A stretch of DNA of 38,119 bases, taken from IMG/VR virus record IMGVR_UViG_3300024310_000006, positions 1 through 38,119 of that record; one strand, given 5' to 3'. Source of the stretch: a virus. Lineage: Duplodnaviria; Caudoviricetes. The notes beneath the pieces were generated by a model that was not told the origin of the DNA, ran no database searches, and saw nothing but the letters and a program-made list of their open reading frames with translations. Each line of letters starts with the position of its first letter. Within the stretch, counting starts at the first letter, position 1. A program made the position numbers and the translations under genes. Shown one piece after another: positions 16,999 to 24,876 of this stretch.

Positions 16999-17993
16999 CG
17001 ACCGCGCTGGCCACGGCGGCGCCCATCGGCGCGCAAATCGAGCAGGTGCTAGTCAACGGCAACCTGGCCACGCTGACCAGCGAGCAGCGGGTGACGTACT
17101 ACAACCGCGTGTGCGAATCGGTGGGCCTCAACCCGCTGACGCGGCCGTTCGAATACATCACGCTCAACGGCAAGCTGGTGCTTTACGCACGCCGCGACTG
17201 CACGGACCAGTTGCGCAAGATTCACGGCGTCTCCATCGAGGTCGCCGCGCGAGAGCTCGTGGAGGGCGTCTACGTGGTCACTGCGCGTGCCACGATGGCC
17301 AGCGGGCGCGCCGATGAGAGCATCGGGGCTGTCCCCCTCGACGGGCTCAAGGGCGAGGCCAGGGCCAACGCCATGATGAAGGCGGAGACCAAGGCCAAGC
17401 GCAGGGTCACGCTGTCGGTGTGCGGGCTGGGGATGCTCGACGAGACCGAGGCGGAAAGCGTAGACCAGCGATTCCCGTCGGTGACCGGACCCGCCGGCCC
17501 GCCCGTGCAGACGTCGGGAACCGCCCATCTGCCGCCTCGCGAGGTGATTCGCGGAGGGGGCTTCGTCGCCGACGCTGAGGAGGAGGCGGCTAGCGACACG
17601 CGTCTGACGGCCGAATACACCGAGCCCGTCGACGAGTTCGACCCCAAGAGCGGCGAGGCGGTGCGCCGCAACCCGAAGATCACAAGCGAGCAGAACAAGA
17701 AGATTCACGCGATGCTGCGCGACCTTCGTACGAAATACACCGACGCCGACTACCGGGCGCACCTCAAGAAGGCGTTCCTCAAGAGTCACACCAACGAACT
17801 GTCGGTGCGCGAGGCGTCCCTCGTGATCGAAGGGCTGGCCAAGAAGCACGCGAAGATCAAGCCGGAGATGGAGGCGCAAGAGCGCGACAGCGCCGCGAGG
17901 ATGGAGGAGGATCGCCGGAATCGCGAGCGGGCGGCGCCAACGCCTGAGGAGTGGACGCGGGAACCCGGCTCCGACGATGGAGACGCGCTGTGA
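16995..17993 (+). CDS. Single-strand annealing recombinase (Bet/RecT-like phage SSAP)
   Basis: LTSEQRVTYYNRVCESVGLNPLTRPFEYITLNGKLVLYA and NAMMKAETKAKRRVTLSVCGLGMLDETE; helical C-terminal domain. Confidence 0.75.
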   Translation: MTTALATAAPIGAQIEQVLVNGNLATLTSEQRVTYYNRVCESVGLNPLTRPFEYITLNGKLVLYARRDCTDQLRKIHGVSIEVAARELVEGVYVVTARATMASGRADESIGAVPLDGLKGEARANAMMKAETKAKRRVTLSVCGLGMLDETEAESVDQRFPSVTGPAGPPVQTSGTAHLPPREVIRGGGFVADAEEEAASDTRLTAEYTEPVDEFDPKSGEAVRRNPKITSEQNKKIHAMLRDLRTKYTDADYRAHLKKAFLKSHTNELSVREASLVIEGLAKKHAKIKPEMEAQERDSAARMEEDRRNRERAAPTPEEWTREPGSDDGDAL

Positions 17994-18187
17994 GTTGGGC
18001 GAGTGACAAGGCGCGGACTATTGCCGGCACTGAGGTGAGCGAAATACAGGACTTGGAGCGCGCCATCCGCGAGACCATCGAGGAGGCGGCGAGGCAGTGT
18101 GATGAGCCGACCGTGACCCGCGACGCCAGAGCGGGACGCGCTGTCATCAAGCAGCGCATTCTCGCCATGCTGGAGGACGCGCCATGA
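17990..18187 (+). CDS. MSW-EEAAR-ILAML family microprotein, copy A
   Basis: GTGA-coupled; shares anchor motifs with 18184, 24371 and 26146. Confidence 0.75.
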   Translation: MSWASDKARTIAGTEVSEIQDLERAIRETIEEAARQCDEPTVTRDARAGRAVIKQRILAMLEDAP

Positions 18188-18396
18188 GTTGGGTGAGCAA
18201 CGCGGTGGAACGACTGCGACAGCCACACAATAACGGATCGGCGTGGGCCATCGAGCGCGCCGTTCGTGAGGCCATTGAAGAGGCGGCGAGGCGGGCTGTC
18301 GGCGGGTCCTGCGACTTCGGCTGCGGGCACCACGACTGCATGGTCTATCGCGCGGCCTCGGCCAGCATCCTGGCCATGCTCAAGGACGCGCCATGA
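18184..18396 (+). CDS. MSW-EEAAR-ILAML family microprotein, copy B (Cys/His insert)
   Basis: GGAGG SD; ATGA-coupled; same anchors. Confidence 0.75.
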   Translation: MSWVSNAVERLRQPHNNGSAWAIERAVREAIEEAARRAVGGSCDFGCGHHDCMVYRAASASILAMLKDAP

Positions 18397-18644
18397 ACCG
18401 CCGGCGCAGGGTAGACCTACCGCCCATGGGCGAAGAGCCCGATGACGGCACTGCGCGGCAGGGTGGGCCGACGCGCACCGAGGAGGCGCTGGGTCGCCTG
18501 ATACGCGAGCGGGCGCAGTTGATGGAGGCGATTACGTGGGCCGCCGGTGGCTCCAATGACCACGAACGGCTAGTGGGGCTGGGCCAAGCCTTGGGCCTCG
18601 TTGAGCGCCTGCGCGCGGCCGACGACATCCGCCAAAGCCGCTAA
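18393..18644 (+). CDS. Hypothetical protein (83 aa), last gene of the early operon
   Basis: ATGA-coupled; followed by a terminator. Confidence 0.6.
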   Translation: MNRRRRVDLPPMGEEPDDGTARQGGPTRTEEALGRLIRERAQLMEAITWAAGGSNDHERLVGLGQALGLVERLRAADDIRQSR

Positions 18645-18650
18645 CCACGG

Positions 18651-18683
18651 ACCCGCCCGGCGAAAGCTCGGCGGGTTGTTTTT
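18651..18683 (+). terminator. Rho-independent terminator
   Basis: ACCCGCC...GAAA loop...GGCGGGT followed by TGTTTTT. Confidence 0.75.
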
Positions 18684-18830
18684 CGCCCAATACATGTAGA
18701 CAAACGTACTGCCGTCTCGGTTGCGCTGACAGTCTGTGCAATTGAAATGCCGCGAAATGGCGAATGTCTGCGTCGGTGAGACGGCGCACTGTTACGATGC
18801 GCGTGGGGTACACGCGTCAGGGGGTTTCTG

Positions 18831-19778
18831 ATGCAGCTAGAACTTGCCTGGTATCCGCCGGGGTGTGTCCGCGCCGTGCTCGCCGACTACCTGGCAATGC
18901 GCGCCGATGGCATCACAGCAGAGACCCGCGACGAGGACTATCGCTGGCGCGTGGCATGGCTGCTGGACGTGCTCGGGGAGATCACGCCGGCCGCGGAGGT
19001 CGACTACAACCGCCTGGAACGGGCAGCGCGCCGGGACCGGGGCGTCCTGCGTGACGTGACCATCCGTCGCCGCCTGTCGTTCTGGCTTGCAGCCGTGCGG
19101 TACGCGGGCCAGCGCGGGCTGCTGCCGAAGGATGCCATTCCCGAGATGCCGCCGTGGCTGCGGGATGACGGGCGCAGGGGAACGGACTTCTACACAATGG
19201 CGCAGTTCGCCGAGTTTCGCCTGGCGCTGCCGCCGGGGCGTTTTCGCCGCTTCGCCGAGCTTGGGTTCTGGACCGGGATGCACACCGTCGACATTTGCGC
19301 CACCGCGCGCGAACACCTGGACCCAGGGCACGTCTACGACGGCACCGAGCGCCGTGGACGCTGGCTGAGGCGCAACCACAAAAACCTGCGCGTACGGGGC
19401 CGCCAGTCGCGGGTGGAACCGTGCTGGGTGCCGGCTGAGCCGGAGCTGTCGGAGCTCGCCGCCGAGTGGCTGTCAGAACGCGGGGAGCCGACGGCGCTAG
19501 TGGTGGGCAAGTTGAACAACCTGCGCCGCACGTTCCATGAGGCGGCAGCGCGTGTGGGGTTGCCGCCTATCCGCCCGAACCTTGGGCTGCGGGCCTCCCA
19601 CGCTTCTCTGCTGCTCTCCAGGGGCTACAGCTACGAATACGTGCGCATCGTCCTGGGGCACGTCGGCGAGGTGCAGGCCCACCAGGTCGGCGACCACCTG
19701 CGGCTCTCGGCGGTGAAGCATTCGACGACGCTGAGCCACTACATGCGCCCTTCGCCGGATGTGCTTCGACCACGGTGA
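18831..19778 (+). CDS. Tyrosine recombinase / integrase family protein with atypical active site
   Basis: N-terminal SAM-like region (VTIRRRLSFWLAAVRYA); box I LGFWTGMHTVDI; box II GLRASHASLLLSRG...VRIVLGH...HY. Confidence 0.85.
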   Translation: MQLELAWYPPGCVRAVLADYLAMRADGITAETRDEDYRWRVAWLLDVLGEITPAAEVDYNRLERAARRDRGVLRDVTIRRRLSFWLAAVRYAGQRGLLPKDAIPEMPPWLRDDGRRGTDFYTMAQFAEFRLALPPGRFRRFAELGFWTGMHTVDICATAREHLDPGHVYDGTERRGRWLRRNHKNLRVRGRQSRVEPCWVPAEPELSELAAEWLSERGEPTALVVGKLNNLRRTFHEAAARVGLPPIRPNLGLRASHASLLLSRGYSYEYVRIVLGHVGEVQAHQVGDHLRLSAVKHSTTLSHYMRPSPDVLRPR

Positions 19779-19789
19779 TCTAGGTACCC

Positions 19790-19999
19790 CTGGGTTCCGT
19801 TGTCGTTACGCATGGTTACCATGTAGTGACGATTTTTCTTGCGTTTGATCACGTCCCCATGCGACGGTTTCCATGCCGCCGCCATGGGATCGTCGTCGAA
19901 AGTTCTGCTGCGCCTCCGCCTCCGGTTCCATGGGCGGCAATCTGTGATGCTGGCGTCTGAGGCGCAGCGCTTTTCATTAGGAGCCGCCCATGGTAATGG
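19790..19999. repeat. Non-coding region with direct and inverted repeats; attP / recombination-site candidate
   Basis: GGTTACCATG 19814, GGTTTCCATG 19866, GGTTCCATG 19924; inverted repeat CCATGGGCGGC 19928-19938 / GCCGCCCATGG 19983-19993. Confidence 0.5.
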
Positions 20000-20367
20000 A
20001 AAATGACAGGGCGCGTGGCTCAACTGGAAAGAGCACCGGCCTCCACTGCCGGTGTTCTTCTGGGCTGCGCGAGTGTCCTACGTGCAAATCCCCGAGGCCG
20101 CGCCTTCATCCCGCGGTCCAATTCGAGGGCGAGGTCCAGCCGTGCGCTGATGCCTTCCATCTCGGCGAAGACTTGGGGGGCGAGGTAGAACCGATCCGTT
20201 TCACCTGCCCGCGCTGCGAACGAAGCCACGCGCGCGGCTACCTCGACGGCGTGTCGCTGTTTCGCTGTCTCGGCTGCGGCTACGTCGGTCATGGGCACCA
20301 TCCCGACGAAGAGATAGACCGCGAAGTCCAGCGGGAGATCGACGCGTCCAAGGCGGAGGTGCGCTAG
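19990..20367 (+). CDS. Zn-ribbon protein (CPRC...CLGC); true start probably downstream of the tRNA-like element
   Basis: The 3' half looks coding and is coupled to GTG 20367; the 5' half overlaps the tRNA-like element. Confidence 0.45.
   Translation: MVMENDRARGSTGKSTGLHCRCSSGLRECPTCKSPRPRLHPAVQFEGEVQPCADAFHLGEDLGGEVEPIRFTCPRCERSHARGYLDGVSLFRCLGCGYVGHGHHPDEEIDREVQREIDASKAEVR
20009..20106 (+). tRNA. tRNA-like element (anticodon CCA, Trp-like) with aberrant variable/T arm; possible pseudo-tRNA
   Basis: Acceptor GGGCGCG/CGCGCCT; D arm GCTC-AACTGGAAA-GAGC; anticodon arm CCGGC-CTCCACT-GCCGG; T-loop-like GTGCAAATC present without a canonical T stem. Confidence 0.55.
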
Positions 20368-20537
20368 TGGCCCCGCGTCCTGGGTACATGCGCGCAGCGG
20401 TGCTCTTGCACGAGCACATGACCGCGTGCGAAACGTGCCTCGCCTACGGCCGCGCGACGCCGTGTCTTGAGGGCCAGCGAGCACTCGAGCGCGCGCAGGA
20501 GCTCTGTGGCGAGCCTGCTCCTGTGGAGGCGGCGTGA
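20367..20537 (+). CDS. Hypothetical microprotein (56 aa; HxxxCxxC...C)
   Basis: Translated by hand as MAPRPGYMRAAVLLHEHMTACETC...; GGAGG SD; coupled at both ends; below the ORF-track cutoff. Confidence 0.55.
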   Translation: MAPRPGYMRAAVLLHEHMTACETCLAYGRATPCLEGQRALERAQELCGEPAPVEAA

Positions 20538-20926
20538 GCGCCACATCGGAGCTGTGTTTTCATTTCTTGCGCGTCGTCGACGGCGTGCCGGTGCTTCGCG
20601 ACGGCGTGACGCCTGCGCCGCCCGTGGGCGAATGGCTGGAGTACACGGGGCCGCTGGTGTGCTGCAGGTCAGGGCTGCACGCGAGCCGGCGCGCCATCGA
20701 TGCGCTGAGTTACTACAACTGGGAGAACGGCGTCGTCTGCCTCGTGGAGGTGGACGGCATCGGCGGCGAGGAAAACGACAAGATCGTTTGCTCGCGGCGT
20801 CGCATCGTCGCGATGGTCGAGGCTGACGAACTGCTGCGACTATTTGCGCGCGCTGCCAGGGACGCTGCCTGGGACGCTACCAATGATCTCCTGGAGTCGA
20901 TGCTGCTCGGGGAGATGGGCCCGTGA
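20534..20926 (+). CDS. Conserved phage protein (C-x-SGLHAS...LVEV...DKIVC type) with short ARDAAWDA tail
   Basis: Motif pattern recurrent in phage accessory genes (DUF7666-like, from memory). Confidence 0.65.
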   Translation: MSATSELCFHFLRVVDGVPVLRDGVTPAPPVGEWLEYTGPLVCCRSGLHASRRAIDALSYYNWENGVVCLVEVDGIGGEENDKIVCSRRRIVAMVEADELLRLFARAARDAAWDATNDLLESMLLGEMGP

Positions 20927-21426
20927 CCGTCGCCGACGCATTCCGCGCGCACCTGAGCGGCGCTGACGGTGACATCGACTTGGCCCGCCGGGTGCTCCGC
21001 GGCGTCCTGCGGCTGGCACTGCGGGAACTGGGTGAGGGCGACGATTCTGCGGCAGTGGCTGAGGCTAGCCGTTGCAGCGCTACGGGGGCGGCGTCTGCCG
21101 CGGACGCCCCCACTATTCTCGAGCCGCGATGTGATCGCCTCGTCGATGCTGACGGTCGCTGCTATGACGACGATTGTCCGGAGCATGCGGGCGACGGCTA
21201 CGACCCCATTCCCGCGGCTGCCGGCGCCGCTCCCATGCCCAGTGTGCAGCCCGCCGAGGGCATGGGGAAGTCAGGCGATACGTTTGCCCTGCAGGTAGAG
21301 CGCCGCGAGGGTAGCGCGGCGGCTCCCTATTCGAACCGTGCGCCGGCCGCGGAGGGGCAAAAGCCGGCACTTTCACGCAAACGCCGCCTGCGCATCATCG
21401 ACGCGGATGGCCAGGAGATTGGCTAG
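20923..21426 (+). CDS. Hypothetical protein
   Basis: GTGA-coupled 167 aa ORF. Confidence 0.55.
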   Translation: MTVADAFRAHLSGADGDIDLARRVLRGVLRLALRELGEGDDSAAVAEASRCSATGAASAADAPTILEPRCDRLVDADGRCYDDDCPEHAGDGYDPIPAAAGAAPMPSVQPAEGMGKSGDTFALQVERREGSAAAPYSNRAPAAEGQKPALSRKRRLRIIDADGQEIG

Positions 21427-21698
21427 TGGACATATACGCCATTTGCAGCCACGAAAAAGTGGAATTAATACGCAACGGTGCCGGAGCGGCCATTGGGCGC
21501 CAGTGCCGCGTGTGCCTGGCCCTGCTTAGCGCCATGGGGACCTGCGGTTTCTGCGGCGACAAAGAGACCGACCTGCGCGAACGCGTCGCCAACCGACTCT
21601 ATTGCAGCGATGCTTGCAGGACCGCCGGAGAAGCGAAGCATCGGAGCGAACGAGCGAAGGCCGGCAAGGGCAAGCGCCAAACCGGGTGGAAGTTTTAA
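21426..21698 (+). CDS. Zn-finger protein (CxxC, CxxCG, YCSDAC)
   Basis: AGGAG SD; Cys motifs; basic C-terminus. Confidence 0.65.
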   Translation: MDIYAICSHEKVELIRNGAGAAIGRQCRVCLALLSAMGTCGFCGDKETDLRERVANRLYCSDACRTAGEAKHRSERAKAGKGKRQTGWKF

Positions 21699-22510
21699 TG
21701 GAGTCGCTGTTCGTTCGCCTGCGTCGCGCACTGGCCGGCGGCATCGACGACATAGCGCTCGAGATGGTCGTGGCCCTGGTCAGGAGTCATGACGGCGCCA
21801 AGGGAGGTCGGCCACGGAATGGCCTCTCGCCTGCCAAACGCTTCAGGGTGCTCAAGCGGGACGGTTTCCGGTGTGTCTATTGCGGCACCACCGGAACCGC
21901 ATCCGAGTTGACCGTGGACCACATTGTCCCTGTGTCTGGCGGCGGGTCGGACGACGACAAGAACCTGGTCGCCTGTTGCAACAAATGCAATCTCGGAAAA
22001 GGGGTTTCTAATTTAGAAACCGGTTCCACCCCTCCGGTTTCGGCCGGGGGGGTGGGGGGGGGTCTGTCTTCCGGATCCGTCCGGTCCGGATCGGAGTCCG
22101 GATCTCTTCTAAGCCTATCCGATCCTGAGAAGGTGAATACCATGGGCCGGCGCCGACGGGGCGTTGAGACGTACTCGTCGCAATTCCTGGAGTTTTGGGC
22201 CGCCTATCCGCGCAAGGTGGGCAAGGGCGCAGCGTGGAAGGCATGGCGACTGATAGCGCTCGAGGATACCCCGCCGCTGTATGGGATGACAGCGGCGTTG
22301 GCGTGGCAGCGGCTACGCCCGGAGTGGACGAAGGACGGCGGCGCGTTCGTTCCGCATCCCGCAACGTGGTTGAACCAGCGGCGCTGGGAGGACGAGCCGC
22401 CCACGCGTGGTAACGGCGCGCCTCCTCCGCCGCTCACAAAGCCACGGTTGCCGGAGTTCCGCGAATGCTTGCCGGAGAACCTGCCGCAGTTGCCGGAGTG
22501 GGCGAAGTGA
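21698..22510 (+). CDS. Replication initiator / replisome organiser fused to an HNH domain
   Basis: HNH: RDGFRCVYCG...LTVDHIVPVSGGG...NLVACCNKCN. C-terminal FLEFWAAYPRKVGKGAAWKAW...PHPATWLNQRRWEDE. Confidence 0.85.
   Translation: MESLFVRLRRALAGGIDDIALEMVVALVRSHDGAKGGRPRNGLSPAKRFRVLKRDGFRCVYCGTTGTASELTVDHIVPVSGGGSDDDKNLVACCNKCNLGKGVSNLETGSTPPVSAGGVGGGLSSGSVRSGSESGSLLSLSDPEKVNTMGRRRRGVETYSSQFLEFWAAYPRKVGKGAAWKAWRLIALEDTPPLYGMTAALAWQRLRPEWTKDGGAFVPHPATWLNQRRWEDEPPTRGNGAPPPPLTKPRLPEFRECLPENLPQLPEWAK
22003..22125. repeat. Putative replication origin (palindrome, G-tracts, TCCGGATC iterons) inside the initiator gene
   Basis: GGTTTCTAA-T-TTAGAAACC at 22003-22021; TCCGGATC at 22070, 22085 and 22097; TCCGATC at 22118. 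Confidence 0.6.
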
Positions 22511-22926
22511 GCGCCCCCGGCTACATCCCCGAAGCGCAATACAGGGCGATCCGCGCCTCATGGGACGCCGCCGTGCGCGGCAAGGTCACGATGTCCGACG
22601 AGGAAGCGATGAGCGCGTGCTGGCGCAACATGCAAGCGGCGGCGAAGGCTCTCGCCGAGCTCCGCGCGCTCTACCACCAACTACCGCCCGGCGACCCGGA
22701 GATCGTAGGCCGCAGCGACCGTGACCCCAAAGGCGAGCTGAGGCCGCTCGAGTACCGCATCCGCTGCGCCGTGGGCGCTGTGGCCCATTGGAAGAACTAC
22801 GTCGCCGCATACCGGGCGCGCCTCGAACGCCCCGCAGAATGCAAGCCAGCGCGTTTGGCGGCCATGCCTGGGGCTGACCGCAGATTACCAGTGGAACGAG
22901 ACGATGACGAACCGTTGCCTTTTTGA
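22507..22926 (+). CDS. Hypothetical protein downstream of the initiator, acidic DDDEPLPF tail
   Basis: GTGA-coupled; C-terminus resembles the SSB-type acidic-PF tail. Confidence 0.65.
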   Translation: MSAPGYIPEAQYRAIRASWDAAVRGKVTMSDEEAMSACWRNMQAAAKALAELRALYHQLPPGDPEIVGRSDRDPKGELRPLEYRIRCAVGAVAHWKNYVAAYRARLERPAECKPARLAAMPGADRRLPVERDDDEPLPF

Positions 22927-22944
22927 CGCAAGGAGGGGAAAGCG

Positions 22945-23421
22945 ATGACGACAGCGATTCACTATTGGGACAGGGCGATTGAAATTGCCATATGTGGGGT
23001 CGACACGCTGAGGCATGGGTTACCGGCACATGCCCGATGGGACGAGGTCACCTGCGCCGCCTGCCTCGCGCATCGGCCGGTGGAGCACCCGCTGTGCCCC
23101 TCGTGCAACGACGCATTTGTGCCATCGGGTGGCGTATGCGCGTGCGGCTTCGTTGCGCCGAAGGCGGCGCCACCCGCGCCCCCGCCGCCCCAGCCGTGGG
23201 CGGTTAAGATCGAGCATCCGCCCGCGCGCTGCAAGCCGGGATGCACGCCTGCGGCGCCGTGCAACACATGGCTCGTGTGCCCCGCGTTTAACGAGGTGGT
23301 CGTGTCGGGGCATATGAAAGCCGATAAGCGGAGCAAGGGCATTGACGCTGACCCCAAGCCGCGCCGGTTCGCCCCGCCTGAACTGCGCTGCGCCGCCGTT
23401 CTCGGCCTGAGGATGCAATGA
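22945..23421 (+). CDS. Multi-Zn-finger hypothetical protein
   Basis: AAGGAGG SD; H...CG...VTCAAC, CPSC...CACG and further Cys clusters. Confidence 0.7.
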   Translation: MTTAIHYWDRAIEIAICGVDTLRHGLPAHARWDEVTCAACLAHRPVEHPLCPSCNDAFVPSGGVCACGFVAPKAAPPAPPPPQPWAVKIEHPPARCKPGCTPAAPCNTWLVCPAFNEVVVSGHMKADKRSKGIDADPKPRRFAPPELRCAAVLGLRMQ

Positions 23422-23606
23422 AGGCCCGCGACGACGTGCGCGGCGAGTTCGCGCGGCACATGGAAGTCCTAGACTCGATGACGTGGGTGGCAACGGCGTC
23501 GCTGGGCGCGTGCCGGGTGAGGGCGCGTGGGCAGACGTACATTCAGGCCAAAGACAACCTGGGCGCGATGCTGACGATGTTGGTCTTGGACAAGGCGTCA
23601 GCATGA
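23418..23606 (+). CDS. Small protein with HicB-N-like motif
   Basis: WVAT...VRARGQTYIQAKDNL resembles the G-x-T-x-x-x-A-x-x-N-L motif. Confidence 0.5.
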   Translation: MKARDDVRGEFARHMEVLDSMTWVATASLGACRVRARGQTYIQAKDNLGAMLTMLVLDKASA

Positions 23607-23995
23607 GAACCGACGCTATCAGGCTGGCGCAGGCGAAGGTGCGCGAGTTCCATGAGAAGTTCGGCTGCGCCATCGGCGACGGGCCGGAACTGCGCGAAGC
23701 CGTGCTGCGTAGGGCCTTGATTGTGGAGGAGGCGCTAGAGACCTCCGAGGCCATCAACCGCGGCGACCTCCCCGAGGCGGTCGATGGCCTGTGCGACCTG
23801 ATCTATGTGTGCCTCGGCGCCGCTGTCACATGGGGCGTGGACCTGGACCCCATCTTACGCGCTGTCCACGAATCGAACATGGCCAAGGAAGGCGGCGCCA
23901 CGCGCATCGACGGCAAGATCTTGAAGCCGCCGGGGTGGACGCCGCCCGACGTGGCGGGGCTACTGCGCGAGCAGGGATGGGAGGGCGGCAAATGA
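23603..23995 (+). CDS. MazG-like / PRA-PH superfamily NTP pyrophosphohydrolase
   Basis: VREFHEKFG, LIVEEALE, DGLCDLIYV, VHESNMAK and DGKILKPPGWTPPD. Confidence 0.9.
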   Translation: MRTDAIRLAQAKVREFHEKFGCAIGDGPELREAVLRRALIVEEALETSEAINRGDLPEAVDGLCDLIYVCLGAAVTWGVDLDPILRAVHESNMAKEGGATRIDGKILKPPGWTPPDVAGLLREQGWEGGK

Positions 23996-24129
23996 ACCTA
24001 CCGCAGTGGTGGACGCTCATCCTGATTGCGGCGAACGCCTTTGGGCATCCCGTGCCTTGGTGGCAATGGGTGATTGCCGTCGGCGCTGGGCTGCTCTTAG
24101 CAGCCGTCGACAAGAGGCGGAAGCCATGA
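23992..24129 (+). CDS. Small membrane protein (45 aa)
   Basis: MNLPQWWTLILIAANAFGHPVPWWQWVIAVGAGLLLAAV...; GGAGG SD. Confidence 0.6.
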   Translation: MNLPQWWTLILIAANAFGHPVPWWQWVIAVGAGLLLAAVDKRRKP

Positions 24130-24374
24130 GGGTTGAGTGCGGCTGCCACGAATGCCCCGCCCATCGCGAGATGCGCAGGGCTAATGAGAAGGCGAGTAAG
24201 GCGAGGCGCTATCAGGATCGCAAGGCGCTGGGGTACTGCGTGACCAGCGGCTGTCTCGAAGAGTCGCAGTACCCCCACGTGCATTGCGAGCGGCACCACG
24301 TGGCGGACCTGGAGGCCGCCCGCGAGTCTAAGAAACGCAAACGCGAGCGCGCGCAGCAGGAGGGGAATCCATGA
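24126..24374 (+). CDS. Basic Cys/His-rich hypothetical protein
   Basis: CGCHEC...YCVTSGC...CERHH; coupled. Confidence 0.6.
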   Translation: MRVECGCHECPAHREMRRANEKASKARRYQDRKALGYCVTSGCLEESQYPHVHCERHHVADLEAARESKKRKRERAQQEGNP

Positions 24375-24616
24375 GTTGGGTGAGCGATTGGATCAATGAG
24401 AAGCGGCGCGAGGAAGCCGAATTTGGCGGCACCGACGGATGGCACACGCGCTACTTCGCGATGAAAGAGGCCATCGAGGAGGCGGCGAGGCGCGTTCGGG
24501 AAGGCGAGGTCATTGAGACGAGCGGCGATACGTATTATGCGCAGCTTGGCGACGGGCGCGCGACTCTGCAAGCCGCCGCCGACGACATTCTCGCCATGCT
24601 GGAGGATAAATCGTGA
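24371..24616 (+). CDS. MSW-EEAAR-ILAML family microprotein, copy C
   Basis: AGGAGG SD; two 21-nt blocks identical to copy A. Confidence 0.8.
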   Translation: MSWVSDWINEKRREEAEFGGTDGWHTRYFAMKEAIEEAARRVREGEVIETSGDTYYAQLGDGRATLQAAADDILAMLEDKS

Positions 24617-24876
24617 AACTGACGCTATGTCGACTGCATCGCCTCGGCGTGCCTGTGGGGACGCGGCCGTTCTATGTGGAGAATTGCCCAACGTGCCTGT
24701 CGAAGTTGGCCAAGGGGCTGGTGCGCGGCGATGAAGGACCGCCGCCGACGGTGGCCGAGGTGGTGCATAGCAAACGGCCCATCGACTGGCCGAAGGCGCG
24801 GGCGTATCGCAAGGCTGTGAGACTGGCGCGGTTGGAGCCGTATCGCATCGGCACCAAGGGAAAGGCGGCGTACTAA
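24613..24876 (+). CDS. Hypothetical protein (CxxH...CxxC)
   Basis: GGAGG SD; GTGA-coupled. Confidence 0.6.
   Translation: MKLTLCRLHRLGVPVGTRPFYVENCPTCLSKLAKGLVRGDEGPPPTVAEVVHSKRPIDWPKARAYRKAVRLARLEPYRIGTKGKAAY

Noticed and set aside
17990-18396. CRISPR-like or integron-like array suggested by the repeated 17-21 nt blocks
   Set aside because: The blocks are three different in-frame coding motifs, not one regularly spaced repeat. No cas genes or attC-like hairpins were seen.
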